A stretch of 64,000 bases of DNA, taken from the NCBI GenBank assembly GCA_963842525.1, contig CAWJGT010000025.1, forward strand, positions 416,001-480,000. The letters run 5' to 3'. This document shows, in pieces, positions 9,655 to 21,553 of this stretch (positions within the stretch are counted from its first letter, which is position 1; each line of letters opens with the position of its first letter). The stretch comes from an uncultured Holophagales bacterium. Its GTDB lineage: Bacteria > Acidobacteriota > Thermoanaerobaculia > Multivoradales > UBA5704. The position numbers and the translations under genes were made by a program. Under the pieces are notes generated by a model. The model was not told the DNA's origin, searched no databases, and saw only the letters and a list, made by a program, of their open reading frames with translations.

Positions 9655-12148
9655 CTATCGCCACGACACCCGCACCCCCACCCTGAGCGTCCGTGGCGCG
9701 AGCGTCTCGCCGGCGAATCCGCCGCGGCCGACCCCGAGGTCGAGATCCCGCGCGAGGACCGTGTCCTCGTTCAGGAAGTTGAGCGCTTCGAGGCTGACGG
9801 TGAGGCCCAGGTCGCCGAAGTACATCTCCTTTTCGAGCCCGGCGTCGACCGTGACGAGGTCGTCCGTGCGCAGGGCGTCAGGGCGGCCGGTGAGCTGCAC
9901 ACGGGCGAGGCCGGCGCGCTCCCGCGCGACCTGGCGGTAGTAGGGGAGCGGGTCGCCCTGGCGGCCATTGACGGCGGCCGAGAGGTTGAAGTTGCGCGGC
10001 AGCCTGACCAGGCCGACGGCCAGGAACGACCAGCGGGCCGCCTGGAAGCGCGGCGTCTCGTGAGGATGCCACGACGCGGTTCCGGCCAGGGGGGCCATGG
10101 GAAGGCCTTCGTCGTCGTCCCCGCCGAGCGCGTTGGTGGGATCGTCGAAGCGCCGGAAGGCGGAGCCGAGCCGCCGGTCTCCGTCCTGCCAGGTGACGTA
10201 CCCCTGGCTCATCCAGCGGTCGGCCAGCCGCTTCTTCCAAGTCAGGGAGAGCCCGCGGTCCTCCTGTTGCCGGTCGCCGCTGTCGCCATTGACGAGGAGG
10301 GTGCCGCCGGTCCACAGCAGGCCGGGCCGGAGGTCCCAGACGGGCACGTCGTAGGGCGTGCCGTCCGGCAGGGCTCCGGTCAGCCGGCTCGTGGGGATCC
10401 AGTCGCCGGAGGTGGCCACGAAGACCTCGCCCGTGGCCAGGTCGCGGACGAGCAGCCTCTCCTCGTGGAGATGGCGGGTCCGCCGCCAGGTCGCCCGCAG
10501 GCCGATCCAGAAGTCGTCCGTCAGCTCGCGTTCGACGCTGAAGACGGCCTCGTCGGTGATTTCCGGCCGGAGGTGGGAGTCGACCGCGTCGGGATCGAGC
10601 CCGGGCCGCAGGGGATCGATCCCCTCGCCCGGCAAGGGCTGGACCGGCTCGCCCGGGTCGAGGTTGAGGTCGCCGTCGCGGTCTTCGAACAGCGAGCGGA
10701 GCACGGCCGGCGCGTCCGGGTCGAGATGCCAGGCGGCGCGGGAGCCCAGCCGCGAGGCGAAACGCCCCAGGGAGGCCCACAGCAGGGTCTTGTGCTCGCG
10801 GTCCCTGGAATGCACGATCCGGCTGAGCCCGAGCCGGGGCGCCAGGGTCCAGGGCCGCGAGCCGCCGTCGATGCCGAGGTCCTGGCGGTCCGCGCGCAAC
10901 CCGGCGATGGCCGTCCACTTGTCGATCGCCACTCTGTCCTGGGCCCAGAGCCCCAGGGCCTCGGTGCGCGCGTCGGCCTTCCCGGCCCGCCAAGCCTCGG
11001 CCATTGCAAGATCTCCCTCGCGGCCGACGACCCTGCCGGCGACCACCAGGGGACCCGGAAGGCTCAGCTCCCGGTCCTCGTCCTGCTCGCGCAGTGCGGC
11101 TCCAAGGTGGATCTCGTGGCTGACCGGCCCCGTGGTCGGGTAGAGGCTGGTGTCGAGCCGGGCCTGGCGTGTCCGCTGCTCCTCCCGCAGGTCGAACCAG
11201 CTCCCGCGGGCCACACCGTCCAGGCCGATCCTCGCTCCGCCGCCGGCCGACCGGGGCAGGTCGCCGAGGCGCCTGTCTTCAAGGCTCAGGCCCGCGGTCA
11301 GGTAGAAATTCGAGGTGAAGATGGGGGTCGCTTCAGCCCCCCAGACATCCTCCCGGCCGTCCTCCTCCCAGGTGATCTCTGGCGCGCGGCCCGGTCCCGC
11401 CCCGATGCCGGAGCCGTCGGAGCCGGTGCGGCTTCCCAGGAGGACGGTGGAGACGGAGCTTCCCGATCTGCGCGTTCAGCTTGAAACGGCTGCTCTCGCT
11501 GGCCCGTTCCTCCTGCTGCCCGCCGAGGACGGTACGGTCAACCTGGCGGAGGCCCGCCTCGCCCCAGATCCAGAGCCGGTCCTGGGACAGCGGCCCGCCC
11601 ACCCAGGCGCTGCCGGTGCGGAGGGTCTCGAGGCGGTTGCCGTCCACGGCGCCGTCCGGCCCGTCGGCGCTCCGGTTTGCGGAGAGCCCACCGTCGCTGC
11701 CCTCGAAGAACCCCGAGGCCCGCCACTGGTTCGTGCCACGTAGATAGTACGGCCTGATCCGCACCCCCGGCATCTCCAGGGTGAGGTCAGAGCCTCCCAG
11801 GCTCACGTGGACCTCCTGCGAGGCGCCGAGGTTGGTGGGCGAAGCGCCCGCCGCATCCCTGGCGGCGGAGAACATTTCCGTGACATCAGGGAAGCCCTGC
11901 GCCACCTCGTTCCGGAGCAACACGAGCAGGGGTGGCGCGCCGCCGCAGCCGCCTTCGCTGCCGCCCACGTTGATGCGGTCCACCAGCACGCCCGGCGTGG
12001 TCTGGAGGATTTCCCAGGGATCGCGCGCCGCCGGAATGGGCTCCGGATCGGAAGATTCTGCCGGCGTCTCCTGGGCGTATACCGAGCCGTCTAAGAGAAA
12101 TGAGAGGGACAGTACGAGCCCGACCGCGAAGAAACGGTTTTTTCGCAT
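9655..12148 (-). CDS. Oar-like TonB-dependent receptor-type outer-membrane beta-barrel with degenerate plug, frameshifted at about 11461
   Basis: Signal MRKNRFFAVGLVLSL; plug motif ARDPWEILQTTPGVLVDRINVGG; VGGPLSQDRLWIW; C-terminal PRTLRVGVRVSWR. One-base removal at GAGCTTC (11456-11462) gives a continuous frame colinear with the barrel of 28884..33209. Confidence 0.82.
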
Positions 12149-12179
12149 CGCCTGCCTCCTTCTGAACAATTGAGGAGAG

Positions 12180-12195
12180 AGCAAGCGATGTGCCA
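12180..12195 (-). promoter_or_regulatory. Sigma54 -24/-12 promoter of the barrel gene
   Basis: Minus strand TGGCACATCGCTTGCT, near-consensus GG-N10-GC. Confidence 0.75.
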
Positions 12196-12238
12196 GCGAC
12201 CGGACCACGGAAAACCTTTCGGAAAATCCCGCCTCCAA

Positions 12239-12313
12239 AATCCTCACCCCCTGTCCCCCTCTCCCGGCGGGGGGTGGAAGGGAGATGGGAGAGGGGGACA
12301 GGGGGTGAGGATT
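12239..12313. repeat. CCCTCACCCC..CCCTCTCCC/GGGAGAGGG-family palindromic REP
   Basis: 27-bp inverted arms AATCCTCACCCCCTGTCCCCCTCTCCC..GGGAGAGGGGGACAGGGGGTGAGGATT; near-identical to 61714-61770 in reverse complement. Confidence 0.85.
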
Positions 12314-12316
12314 CAA

Positions 12317-12352
12317 TTCAACCGCGTGAATCGCGGCGATCCAACGGATTGA
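12317..12352. promoter_or_regulatory. Putative enhancer (UAS) copy 1
   Basis: TTCAACCGCGTGAATCGCGGCGATCCAACGGATTGA, 30/36 identical to 33345-33380; both lie upstream of a sigma54 promoter. Confidence 0.6.
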
Positions 12353-12369
12353 TCCGCCGGTCGGGGGGT

Positions 12370-13566
12370 CTAGCGGAGCAGCTCCAGCGCCGCCGGCTGG
12401 ATGGGTTGGAGGAGGTTTGCGCCGGTGACCCAGTCGGCGGTGTTGATCACGGCGATGACGGCCGTAGCGTTCGCCGGGTTCACCCACAGGAATGCGCGGT
12501 ACCCTGCCTGGCTTCCCGTGTGGCCGATGAAGGTGTGCTGCCCGCTCCGCAGGATGAAGAAGCCGAGCCCCATCTCCTCCGGCTGCTCCTCGGTACCGCC
12601 CCTGGAGAGGACGGGGCGCCACATTTCCTGGAGCGTCGATCGCGAGAGGACCGCGTCGTAGAGCCGCGCACGCCCGGAATCTTCACCGGTCGAGCCGGTT
12701 AGGAATGCTGCATACACCGCCAGGTCGGAGAGAGGCGCATTCCAGCCGCTGTTGGGGATCGTGATCCCCGGGTCGAAGTCCGCTCCGTTATCGTGAAGCT
12801 TGTTGCCCTGCTCGCCCTCCTCGGGAGGCAAGAAGCCGTAGTTGTGCGAGCGGTGCTCGGCCAGGTAGTAGGGCGTGGAGCCGAAATAGCTGCGGGTGAG
12901 CCCCAGCGGCGAGAGGATGTTCTTCTGGACATAGGCCTGCCAGGGATCGCCGCTGAGCTTCTCGACGATCCGGGCGAGATAGATGTAGGCCGGGTTCGAA
13001 TACCCATACTGCGAGCCGGGGGCGAAGAGGAGCTCCTGGTACGGCATCATCGCCACGAGCTGCTCCCAGGAGGTGGGCTCGAAGGGCTCCCACGGCTTCC
13101 CCTGGCTGTACGGCCACGTCGGCGCCTGAAAGCCGGCGGAGTGGCTGAGCAGCATGCGCACGGTGATCTTGTCGATAGCATTGAACGGATCGTGCACCTG
13201 GCGCAGCTCCGGCAGCCAGCGGATGACCGTATCGTCGAGGGAGAGCTTGCCGTGGTCGCGGAGCTGGAGGATCGCGATGGCGGTCAGCGTCTTGGTGATC
13301 GAGCCGTAGTGGAAGAGCGTGTTCTCGTCCACGCGCTTGCCTCGTTGCTGGTCCGCGAAGCCGTAGTCGTGGCGGCCGACGATGCGGCCGTCCCGGACGA
13401 GGACCGCGCTCCCGCCCACGACCCGGGAGCCGGATGCCTGGGCATCGAAGGCCTTGGTGAAACCGGCCCATCCTCCGCCCGGTGCGGCGTCCTGCGCTGC
13501 CAGCGGTATGGCGAAGAGAGCGAGCGTGGCGGATGCGATCCAGAGCAGGGCAGAGGAGGTCGGCAT
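12370..13566 (-). CDS. Serine hydrolase, beta-lactamase/AmpC-like family, secreted
   Basis: SxxK (GSITKT), LLSHSAG, YGYSNPAY, GHTGSQAG; signal peptide. Confidence 0.9.
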   Translation of the reverse strand: MPTSSALLWIASATLALFAIPLAAQDAAPGGGWAGFTKAFDAQASGSRVVGGSAVLVRDGRIVGRHDYGFADQQRGKRVDENTLFHYGSITKTLTAIAILQLRDHGKLSLDDTVIRWLPELRQVHDPFNAIDKITVRMLLSHSAGFQAPTWPYSQGKPWEPFEPTSWEQLVAMMPYQELLFAPGSQYGYSNPAYIYLARIVEKLSGDPWQAYVQKNILSPLGLTRSYFGSTPYYLAEHRSHNYGFLPPEEGEQGNKLHDNGADFDPGITIPNSGWNAPLSDLAVYAAFLTGSTGEDSGRARLYDAVLSRSTLQEMWRPVLSRGGTEEQPEEMGLGFFILRSGQHTFIGHTGSQAGYRAFLWVNPANATAVIAVINTADWVTGANLLQPIQPAALELLR

Positions 13567-13605
13567 TTCAGGGCTCCCAGGTTGGGGCCATGATACCAGG
13601 GCCCG

Positions 13606-16512
<2,907 letters not shown>

Positions 16513-16524
16513 CGGGCGCCGAGT

Positions 16525-17967
16525 CTATCTCACCTGCGGCCAGACGAAGCTCGCCGCGAGGCCCGCGGCGACCGTCAACAGCGATCCCGCGAGCGCGTAC
16601 CAGGGCCAGGCCAGCGAAGTACCGAAAAAGATCCAGGTCATGCCCGCGAAGCCGGCGGTGAGGCCTGCGAGGGCCGCCCGCTGGCCCACACGGCGCGTGA
16701 GCATGCCGAGGAAGAAGACCCCGAGCACGATGCCGGTGGTGAAGGCGGCGACACCCAGAACACTGCTCACGATCGAGGACCGCAGCCACTGGCCGGCGAT
16801 CCCCACCGCGATCTGCACCGCGCCGAAGACCGCCGTGAGGATGCGGGTCATCCGCAACTGCCGCTCGGGCGCGATTTCTCGGCCCGTCCGTCGTTTCGTC
16901 AAGGGGAGGTAGAGGTCGTTGACCGCCACGGTGGCGCACGAGTTGAGCGAGCTCGTCATGGCGGCGGCGAAGATGGCGCCCAGCAGCAGCCCGACCATGC
17001 CGACCGGCAGCTCGTCGAGGATGAAGCGAGCGAAGACGCGGTCCGGGCGGTCGAACGGCACGGCGGGCGGGTGGAGCTGGTAGAAGCTCCAGAGCCCGAC
17101 GCCGATCAGCAGGAAAAGCGCGAACTGAGCCGCCACGACCAGCCCGCTCACCCACAGGGCGCGCCGCGCGCCCGGCAGCCCGCGCGTCGATAAATAGCGC
17201 TGCACCATGAGCTGGTCCACGCCATGGGAGCCGAGGGTGATGAACGCGCCGCCGATCAGGCCGGCCCAGAGACCATAGGGCTCGCTCCAGTCGAGCCGGG
17301 CGTCGAGCACGCGGAATTTGCCCGCGGCCTGCCCCATGGCGACGAGCTGGTCCCAGCCGCCCGGCAGGCGGGACAGGATCGCGAGGAGCGCGACCAGCGC
17401 TCCGGCGAGGTAGAGGCCGAGCTGGACGAAGTCGCTCCACAGCACCGCCCGCATGCCGCCGAGGTAGGTGTAGACGACGGTCGTGATCCCCAGCGCCGCC
17501 ACCGCCCATTCGATCGAGATGCCGGTCATCTCCTGGAGCACCAGGGCGGAGAGGAAGAGCCGCAGCCCGTCGGCCAGGCTGCGGGTGACGAGGAACAACG
17601 CCGCCGCCGTCTGCTGGGTGGCCCCGCCGAACCGGCGGTGCAGGACCTCGTAGGCCGTGAAGAGAGTGCCCCGGAAGTACTCGGGAAGCAGGAAGAAAGC
17701 GACCGCAAAGCGGCCGAGGACGAAGCCCAGCGCGATCTGCAGCCAGGTGAAGTCCCGCTCGTAGGCGACGCCCGGGATGCTCAGGAACGTGACGCTGCTC
17801 GTTTCTGTGGCAATGATCGAGCAGAGGATCAGCCACCACGGCAGGTCGCGCCCCCCGACCGCGTACTCGTTTACATCGCGCGCACCCCGGCCCAGCCACA
17901 TGCCGAGGAGGACCATCCCGGCCATGTAGGCCACGAGGATCGCGAGGTCGAGGGTGCCGATGCTCAT
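16525..17967 (-). CDS. Sodium:solute symporter (SSS family)
   Basis: Multiple TM helices; SIIATETSSVTFLSIPG, YTYLGGMRAVLWSD, GVDQLMVQRYL. Confidence 0.92.
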   Translation of the reverse strand: MSIGTLDLAILVAYMAGMVLLGMWLGRGARDVNEYAVGGRDLPWWLILCSIIATETSSVTFLSIPGVAYERDFTWLQIALGFVLGRFAVAFFLLPEYFRGTLFTAYEVLHRRFGGATQQTAAALFLVTRSLADGLRLFLSALVLQEMTGISIEWAVAALGITTVVYTYLGGMRAVLWSDFVQLGLYLAGALVALLAILSRLPGGWDQLVAMGQAAGKFRVLDARLDWSEPYGLWAGLIGGAFITLGSHGVDQLMVQRYLSTRGLPGARRALWVSGLVVAAQFALFLLIGVGLWSFYQLHPPAVPFDRPDRVFARFILDELPVGMVGLLLGAIFAAAMTSSLNSCATVAVNDLYLPLTKRRTGREIAPERQLRMTRILTAVFGAVQIAVGIAGQWLRSSIVSSVLGVAAFTTGIVLGVFFLGMLTRRVGQRAALAGLTAGFAGMTWIFFGTSLAWPWYALAGSLLTVAAGLAASFVWPQVR

Positions 17968-18058
17968 CCGGACGCGGAGAGCCTACACCCAGGGGCAGCT
18001 CATTCCGAAGCCCTTCTACAATTCGCGCCTGCTCGACGAAAGCAGGGGCGAGATGTCG

Positions 18059-19072
18059 TCATTCTTCTTCCTTGCCGAGACTGAGCTGCGCCTCGATCGT
18101 CACCTCATATCCGCCGTCGGGCAGCTCTCTTTCGCGCACGACGCGGGCGCCTTTCACGAGTTGGTCGACGGTGGCCACGATCTCGTCTTTCTCCACGACG
18201 CCGTCGACCACTCGCGTCTGTGCCTGGATGCGTGTCTCGATGGCCTCGGCAAGCCTGCGGCGCGCATCGACCTCTGCAGCCCGTCTTGCCAGCGCCTTCC
18301 TCCGCTCTGTGGGGAGCTGCGCCGAAGCGAACCCCGTTCCGGAGACCTCGACGCGTGTCGAGAGCGGCGTCTCCTGGGTGGGAGGGGGTGGTGGCGGGGT
18401 GGGGGAGGGCTCCTGCCGCGGGTGATCCTTCCTGGGGGTCTCCTCAGGAGTCTCCTCGACAAGGGGCGCCGGTGTGGCCGCCGGTGGAACGCTCTCTTCA
18501 GGAGCAGCCGTGGAAGGGGCCGCGGGATGCCCTCCCTGCGGGTTCTCCGCACCTGACGGCAAGAGGCGGAAGACGAGGAAGCCGGCAGTAACCAGAAGCG
18601 CCGCGGCCAAGGAGATCTTCCAAACGCCGCGTCGTGACTGCCCGGCAGCCGCTGCGGTGGCGGCCTGTCCGCCAAGGTGACGCAGGAGTGCGCCGTAGCC
18701 GGCTTCCGTGTCCACCTGGAAAAATCGATAACTCCGCAGAGGACGGGGGATGAAGCGTGCGTCGGCGTCCGCGAAGACGACCGGCACGTACTTCTCGTTC
18801 CTCATGCTCGCCTCGAAGAGCTCCTGGATCATCAACTGGCTCTCGAAGGCGGTTCCCTGCCGCCGCCCATAGGCTTCCGTGATGATCACGAGCACGGCGT
18901 CCGCTGCCGCCATCTCCCGCTCCATCCAGCGGGTCAGAGGCTCGTCGATCCGGTCCTCGTCCTGGTCGAGCCGCACTTCCAGCCCATCGCCGCGCAGGCG
19001 CTCTGCAAACTGCCGCACGCGCCGCTCCTGCTGCGGCGTTTCACGGCTGTAGCTGATGAAGACACGCTTCAT
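18059..19072 (-). CDS. SEFIR/TIR domain - TM - Pro-rich linker - LPP20/FlgP-like domain protein
   Basis: MKRVFISYS..FAERLRGDGLEVRLDQ..WMEREMAAADAVLVI..GTAFE..KYVPVVF; TM ISLAAALLVTAGFLVF; C-terminal ALARRAAEVDARRRLAE..LVKGARVV. Confidence 0.8.
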   Translation of the reverse strand: MKRVFISYSRETPQQERRVRQFAERLRGDGLEVRLDQDEDRIDEPLTRWMEREMAAADAVLVIITEAYGRRQGTAFESQLMIQELFEASMRNEKYVPVVFADADARFIPRPLRSYRFFQVDTEAGYGALLRHLGGQAATAAAAGQSRRGVWKISLAAALLVTAGFLVFRLLPSGAENPQGGHPAAPSTAAPEESVPPAATPAPLVEETPEETPRKDHPRQEPSPTPPPPPPTQETPLSTRVEVSGTGFASAQLPTERRKALARRAAEVDARRRLAEAIETRIQAQTRVVDGVVEKDEIVATVDQLVKGARVVRERELPDGGYEVTIEAQLSLGKEEE

Positions 19073-21537
19073 GGTGACAGCACCGGAGCCGCCAGGATCT
19101 CGGACTGTGAGCCGTCCGCCAGGGTGAACCGCGCAAAGACCGTGTCACAGTGCCCCGGCAGGGCGAAGGTCAGCTCTTCCCATTTGCCCTGTGGCCCGAG
19201 GGCACGCTCGTCTTCAAACCGGTCCTCGATCCTGAGCTGATCGCGCGCGCAGCCAAAGGCGACCGAGCGCAGCACGGGGAGGGTGTTCGCGACCGACATG
19301 TATTCGCTGCCGCTGATTTTGAATCCGCAGACCACCGCCTGGCCGGTGATTCCTTGCGGCCGGCGGTCCTCGTCGTATTCCTCCTCGTCTTCGTCGCCGT
19401 CCTCGGGATCGTAGGAGGCACACGTCAGCTTGCTGGCGGAGAAGAGCGCATCGCGCAGGGTTGCGAAGCGGTTGGCTGTGTAATCGACCGTGCCCCGATA
19501 TTCCATCTCCTCGCCGCCGGCCGCGACGAAACGCAATACGAGAAGGCCGCCCTCGGGCTCGGGAAAGCTGACACTGCCGCGGTTCCGGTAGTCCTGTTCG
19601 ACCGTGCTGAAGTTCTTGCCATCGGTCGAAACCCGCACGAACGCAGGTTTGAGGCCGTCGCCAAAGTAGGCGGTCCAGCCCATCGAGTCCTGATGCTTGA
19701 GATAGACCTCGATCTCCTCGGGCATCGAGGCGGACTTTGCCGTGCGCTTGAGCCGGTAATACTGAAGGCCGGCCTTGCGGCCCGGCAAGTGGCCCTCGAA
19801 GGGACAGGCGAAGACCTCCTCCTCACCGCTTGCGAAACGCAAACGGGCCACGTAATCCGTCGGGCCGACCGGCGGCGGCACGCGCTCGAACTCTTTCTCG
19901 AACAGAGACTCGAGGCGTGAGCCGTAGCGGCGGGTGCGCCACAGGGCGCCTTCACCGCGGCCGACGGAGACCTCGTCGAGGATCGCAAGGAATGGATGGT
20001 GGGAGTCGCCGTAGAAGCTCCCTCTGCCGGCCACCAGGCCGCTGCAGGCAAAACGTTGCTTTTCCTCCTTGTCCCAGGCTTGCCAGGCCGACGCGAGCGC
20101 AACGCGGGCTGCCGTCGGAAAATCGAGCGCGAGGCGGAACGGTCCGGCAGGCTCGCCGCCGAGCCCCGGCTGGATCTTGACCCAGACATGGTCCAGGCTG
20201 GCGAGATCCTGCGCGGTTTCGGGCTCGGGGGCGTACCACGGCTCGAACTCCTGGCCGTCGTGGGAATAGAGGACCCGGACATAGCCGGACTGCTTGTCGA
20301 GCGGCCCCTTGAGACCTGGCGGCTGGTCGCCGGTATAGTAGGTTGTGAAGGCCCATTGATCGTTTTCGAAGGCGAGGCGGACCTCGAGGTTTTTCTCGTT
20401 GAGGCTGCTCAGGGTCGGCAGACCCGCCCGTGTCAGGAAGTCGTCGACCCCACCGATCCCGCGGCGGGGGTGGAGCTGGGTGTGGTTGCGGAGGAGCTCT
20501 TCCGGATCGCGCGTGTCGTTGTAGGTGAGATCCACCTGCGCCGTCCCCTCGTTGACGAGGGCGCCCTGGTGGAGCAGGCGCACGGAGACGGACACCGGAG
20601 CCTTGTGCATGAGGCTGATGGAGTATTCCATGCCCTCGACCCGGGTCCACTCGTCTTCCGGCTTGAGCTCCAGGCGGCCCTGACATTCATCCTTCGTGGT
20701 GGCCTTGAAGGCCAGCGGCGCGCCCCCCAGGCTCCAGGAACAGGTGAAACCCGGCGGCAGCTCCGGTCTTCCGCGCGGCACGATCCTGACCGTCGCAGCC
20801 GCGCCTGGTTTGAGCGACGAGCCGCTGACGACCGGCTCGATGGGGATGCCGTTGTGGACCGCACCGCGGACCGAGAGCTCGTCCAGCACTTCATCGTCGC
20901 GGCTGATCCGCACCGAGATGCGCGCGGGAAGCGTGCTGCCGCGGTCCGGCAGCGGCGCGGCCGGCATCGCCACTTCCAGGCGGCAGGCGCCGTCCGGTGC
21001 TGGCGTCCGCAGCACGTCCGCCGGCTCGACGGTCCAGGCACAGCGAGCGCCCTCCAGGGCCTGCAGCGGGGTCGCGACGACCGCCATGACGGCGCGCGAC
21101 CCGAGGCCGAGGAGGTCGAGATCCGCGTCGAGCACGTACTTCGGTGGCGTCTTGTTGAGGAGCGTGTCCGCCAGTGTGCGCAACGCACGGTCGATCTCGG
21201 CGCGATCCTTCTCCAGGGTGTAGGCCCGGATCTTCACGCACAGCTCGCCCGGGCTCTGTCCGTTGTAGAGCTCGGGCTCGCCTTCGATCAACACGTATCC
21301 CGAGGAGGCCGCCTGGATCTTGTCCTTTTGCAGCTTCAGATCCTCGACCTGTGTCAGGCTGGTCACGAGACTTCCGAAAAGTTTCTCCACGGCATCGCGG
21401 CGGGCAGCCAGGAGCAACTCCTGTTTGGCCTCCTCGAGGCTCTTGTTTTCGAGGCTCGTACAGGCGGTCTGCGTAACGACGGTCCGGTCCGGTGCGGCCA
21501 GAGCGAGGGCTGCTGCGAGAAGCAGTTTCATCACCAT
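19069..21537 (-). CDS. Secreted hypothetical protein, paralog B (FlgT-N/LPP20-like N-terminus, Ig-like domains, duplicated C-terminal module)
   Basis: RBS GGAAGAGG; MVMKLLLAAALALAA signal; EEAKQELLLAARRDAVEKLFG; colinear with 21554..23603; stop overlaps the start of the SEFIR gene. Confidence 0.8.
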   Translation of the reverse strand: MVMKLLLAAALALAAPDRTVVTQTACTSLENKSLEEAKQELLLAARRDAVEKLFGSLVTSLTQVEDLKLQKDKIQAASSGYVLIEGEPELYNGQSPGELCVKIRAYTLEKDRAEIDRALRTLADTLLNKTPPKYVLDADLDLLGLGSRAVMAVVATPLQALEGARCAWTVEPADVLRTPAPDGACRLEVAMPAAPLPDRGSTLPARISVRISRDDEVLDELSVRGAVHNGIPIEPVVSGSSLKPGAAATVRIVPRGRPELPPGFTCSWSLGGAPLAFKATTKDECQGRLELKPEDEWTRVEGMEYSISLMHKAPVSVSVRLLHQGALVNEGTAQVDLTYNDTRDPEELLRNHTQLHPRRGIGGVDDFLTRAGLPTLSSLNEKNLEVRLAFENDQWAFTTYYTGDQPPGLKGPLDKQSGYVRVLYSHDGQEFEPWYAPEPETAQDLASLDHVWVKIQPGLGGEPAGPFRLALDFPTAARVALASAWQAWDKEEKQRFACSGLVAGRGSFYGDSHHPFLAILDEVSVGRGEGALWRTRRYGSRLESLFEKEFERVPPPVGPTDYVARLRFASGEEEVFACPFEGHLPGRKAGLQYYRLKRTAKSASMPEEIEVYLKHQDSMGWTAYFGDGLKPAFVRVSTDGKNFSTVEQDYRNRGSVSFPEPEGGLLVLRFVAAGGEEMEYRGTVDYTANRFATLRDALFSASKLTCASYDPEDGDEDEEEYDEDRRPQGITGQAVVCGFKISGSEYMSVANTLPVLRSVAFGCARDQLRIEDRFEDERALGPQGKWEELTFALPGHCDTVFARFTLADGSQSEILAAPVLSP

Positions 21538-21553
21538 GTCGTCCTCTTCCAGA

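Noticed and set aside
12370-13566. Bona fide beta-lactamase resistance gene
   Set aside because: SxxK fold is shared with many esterases and peptidases; HTG rather than KTG triad; function cannot be assigned
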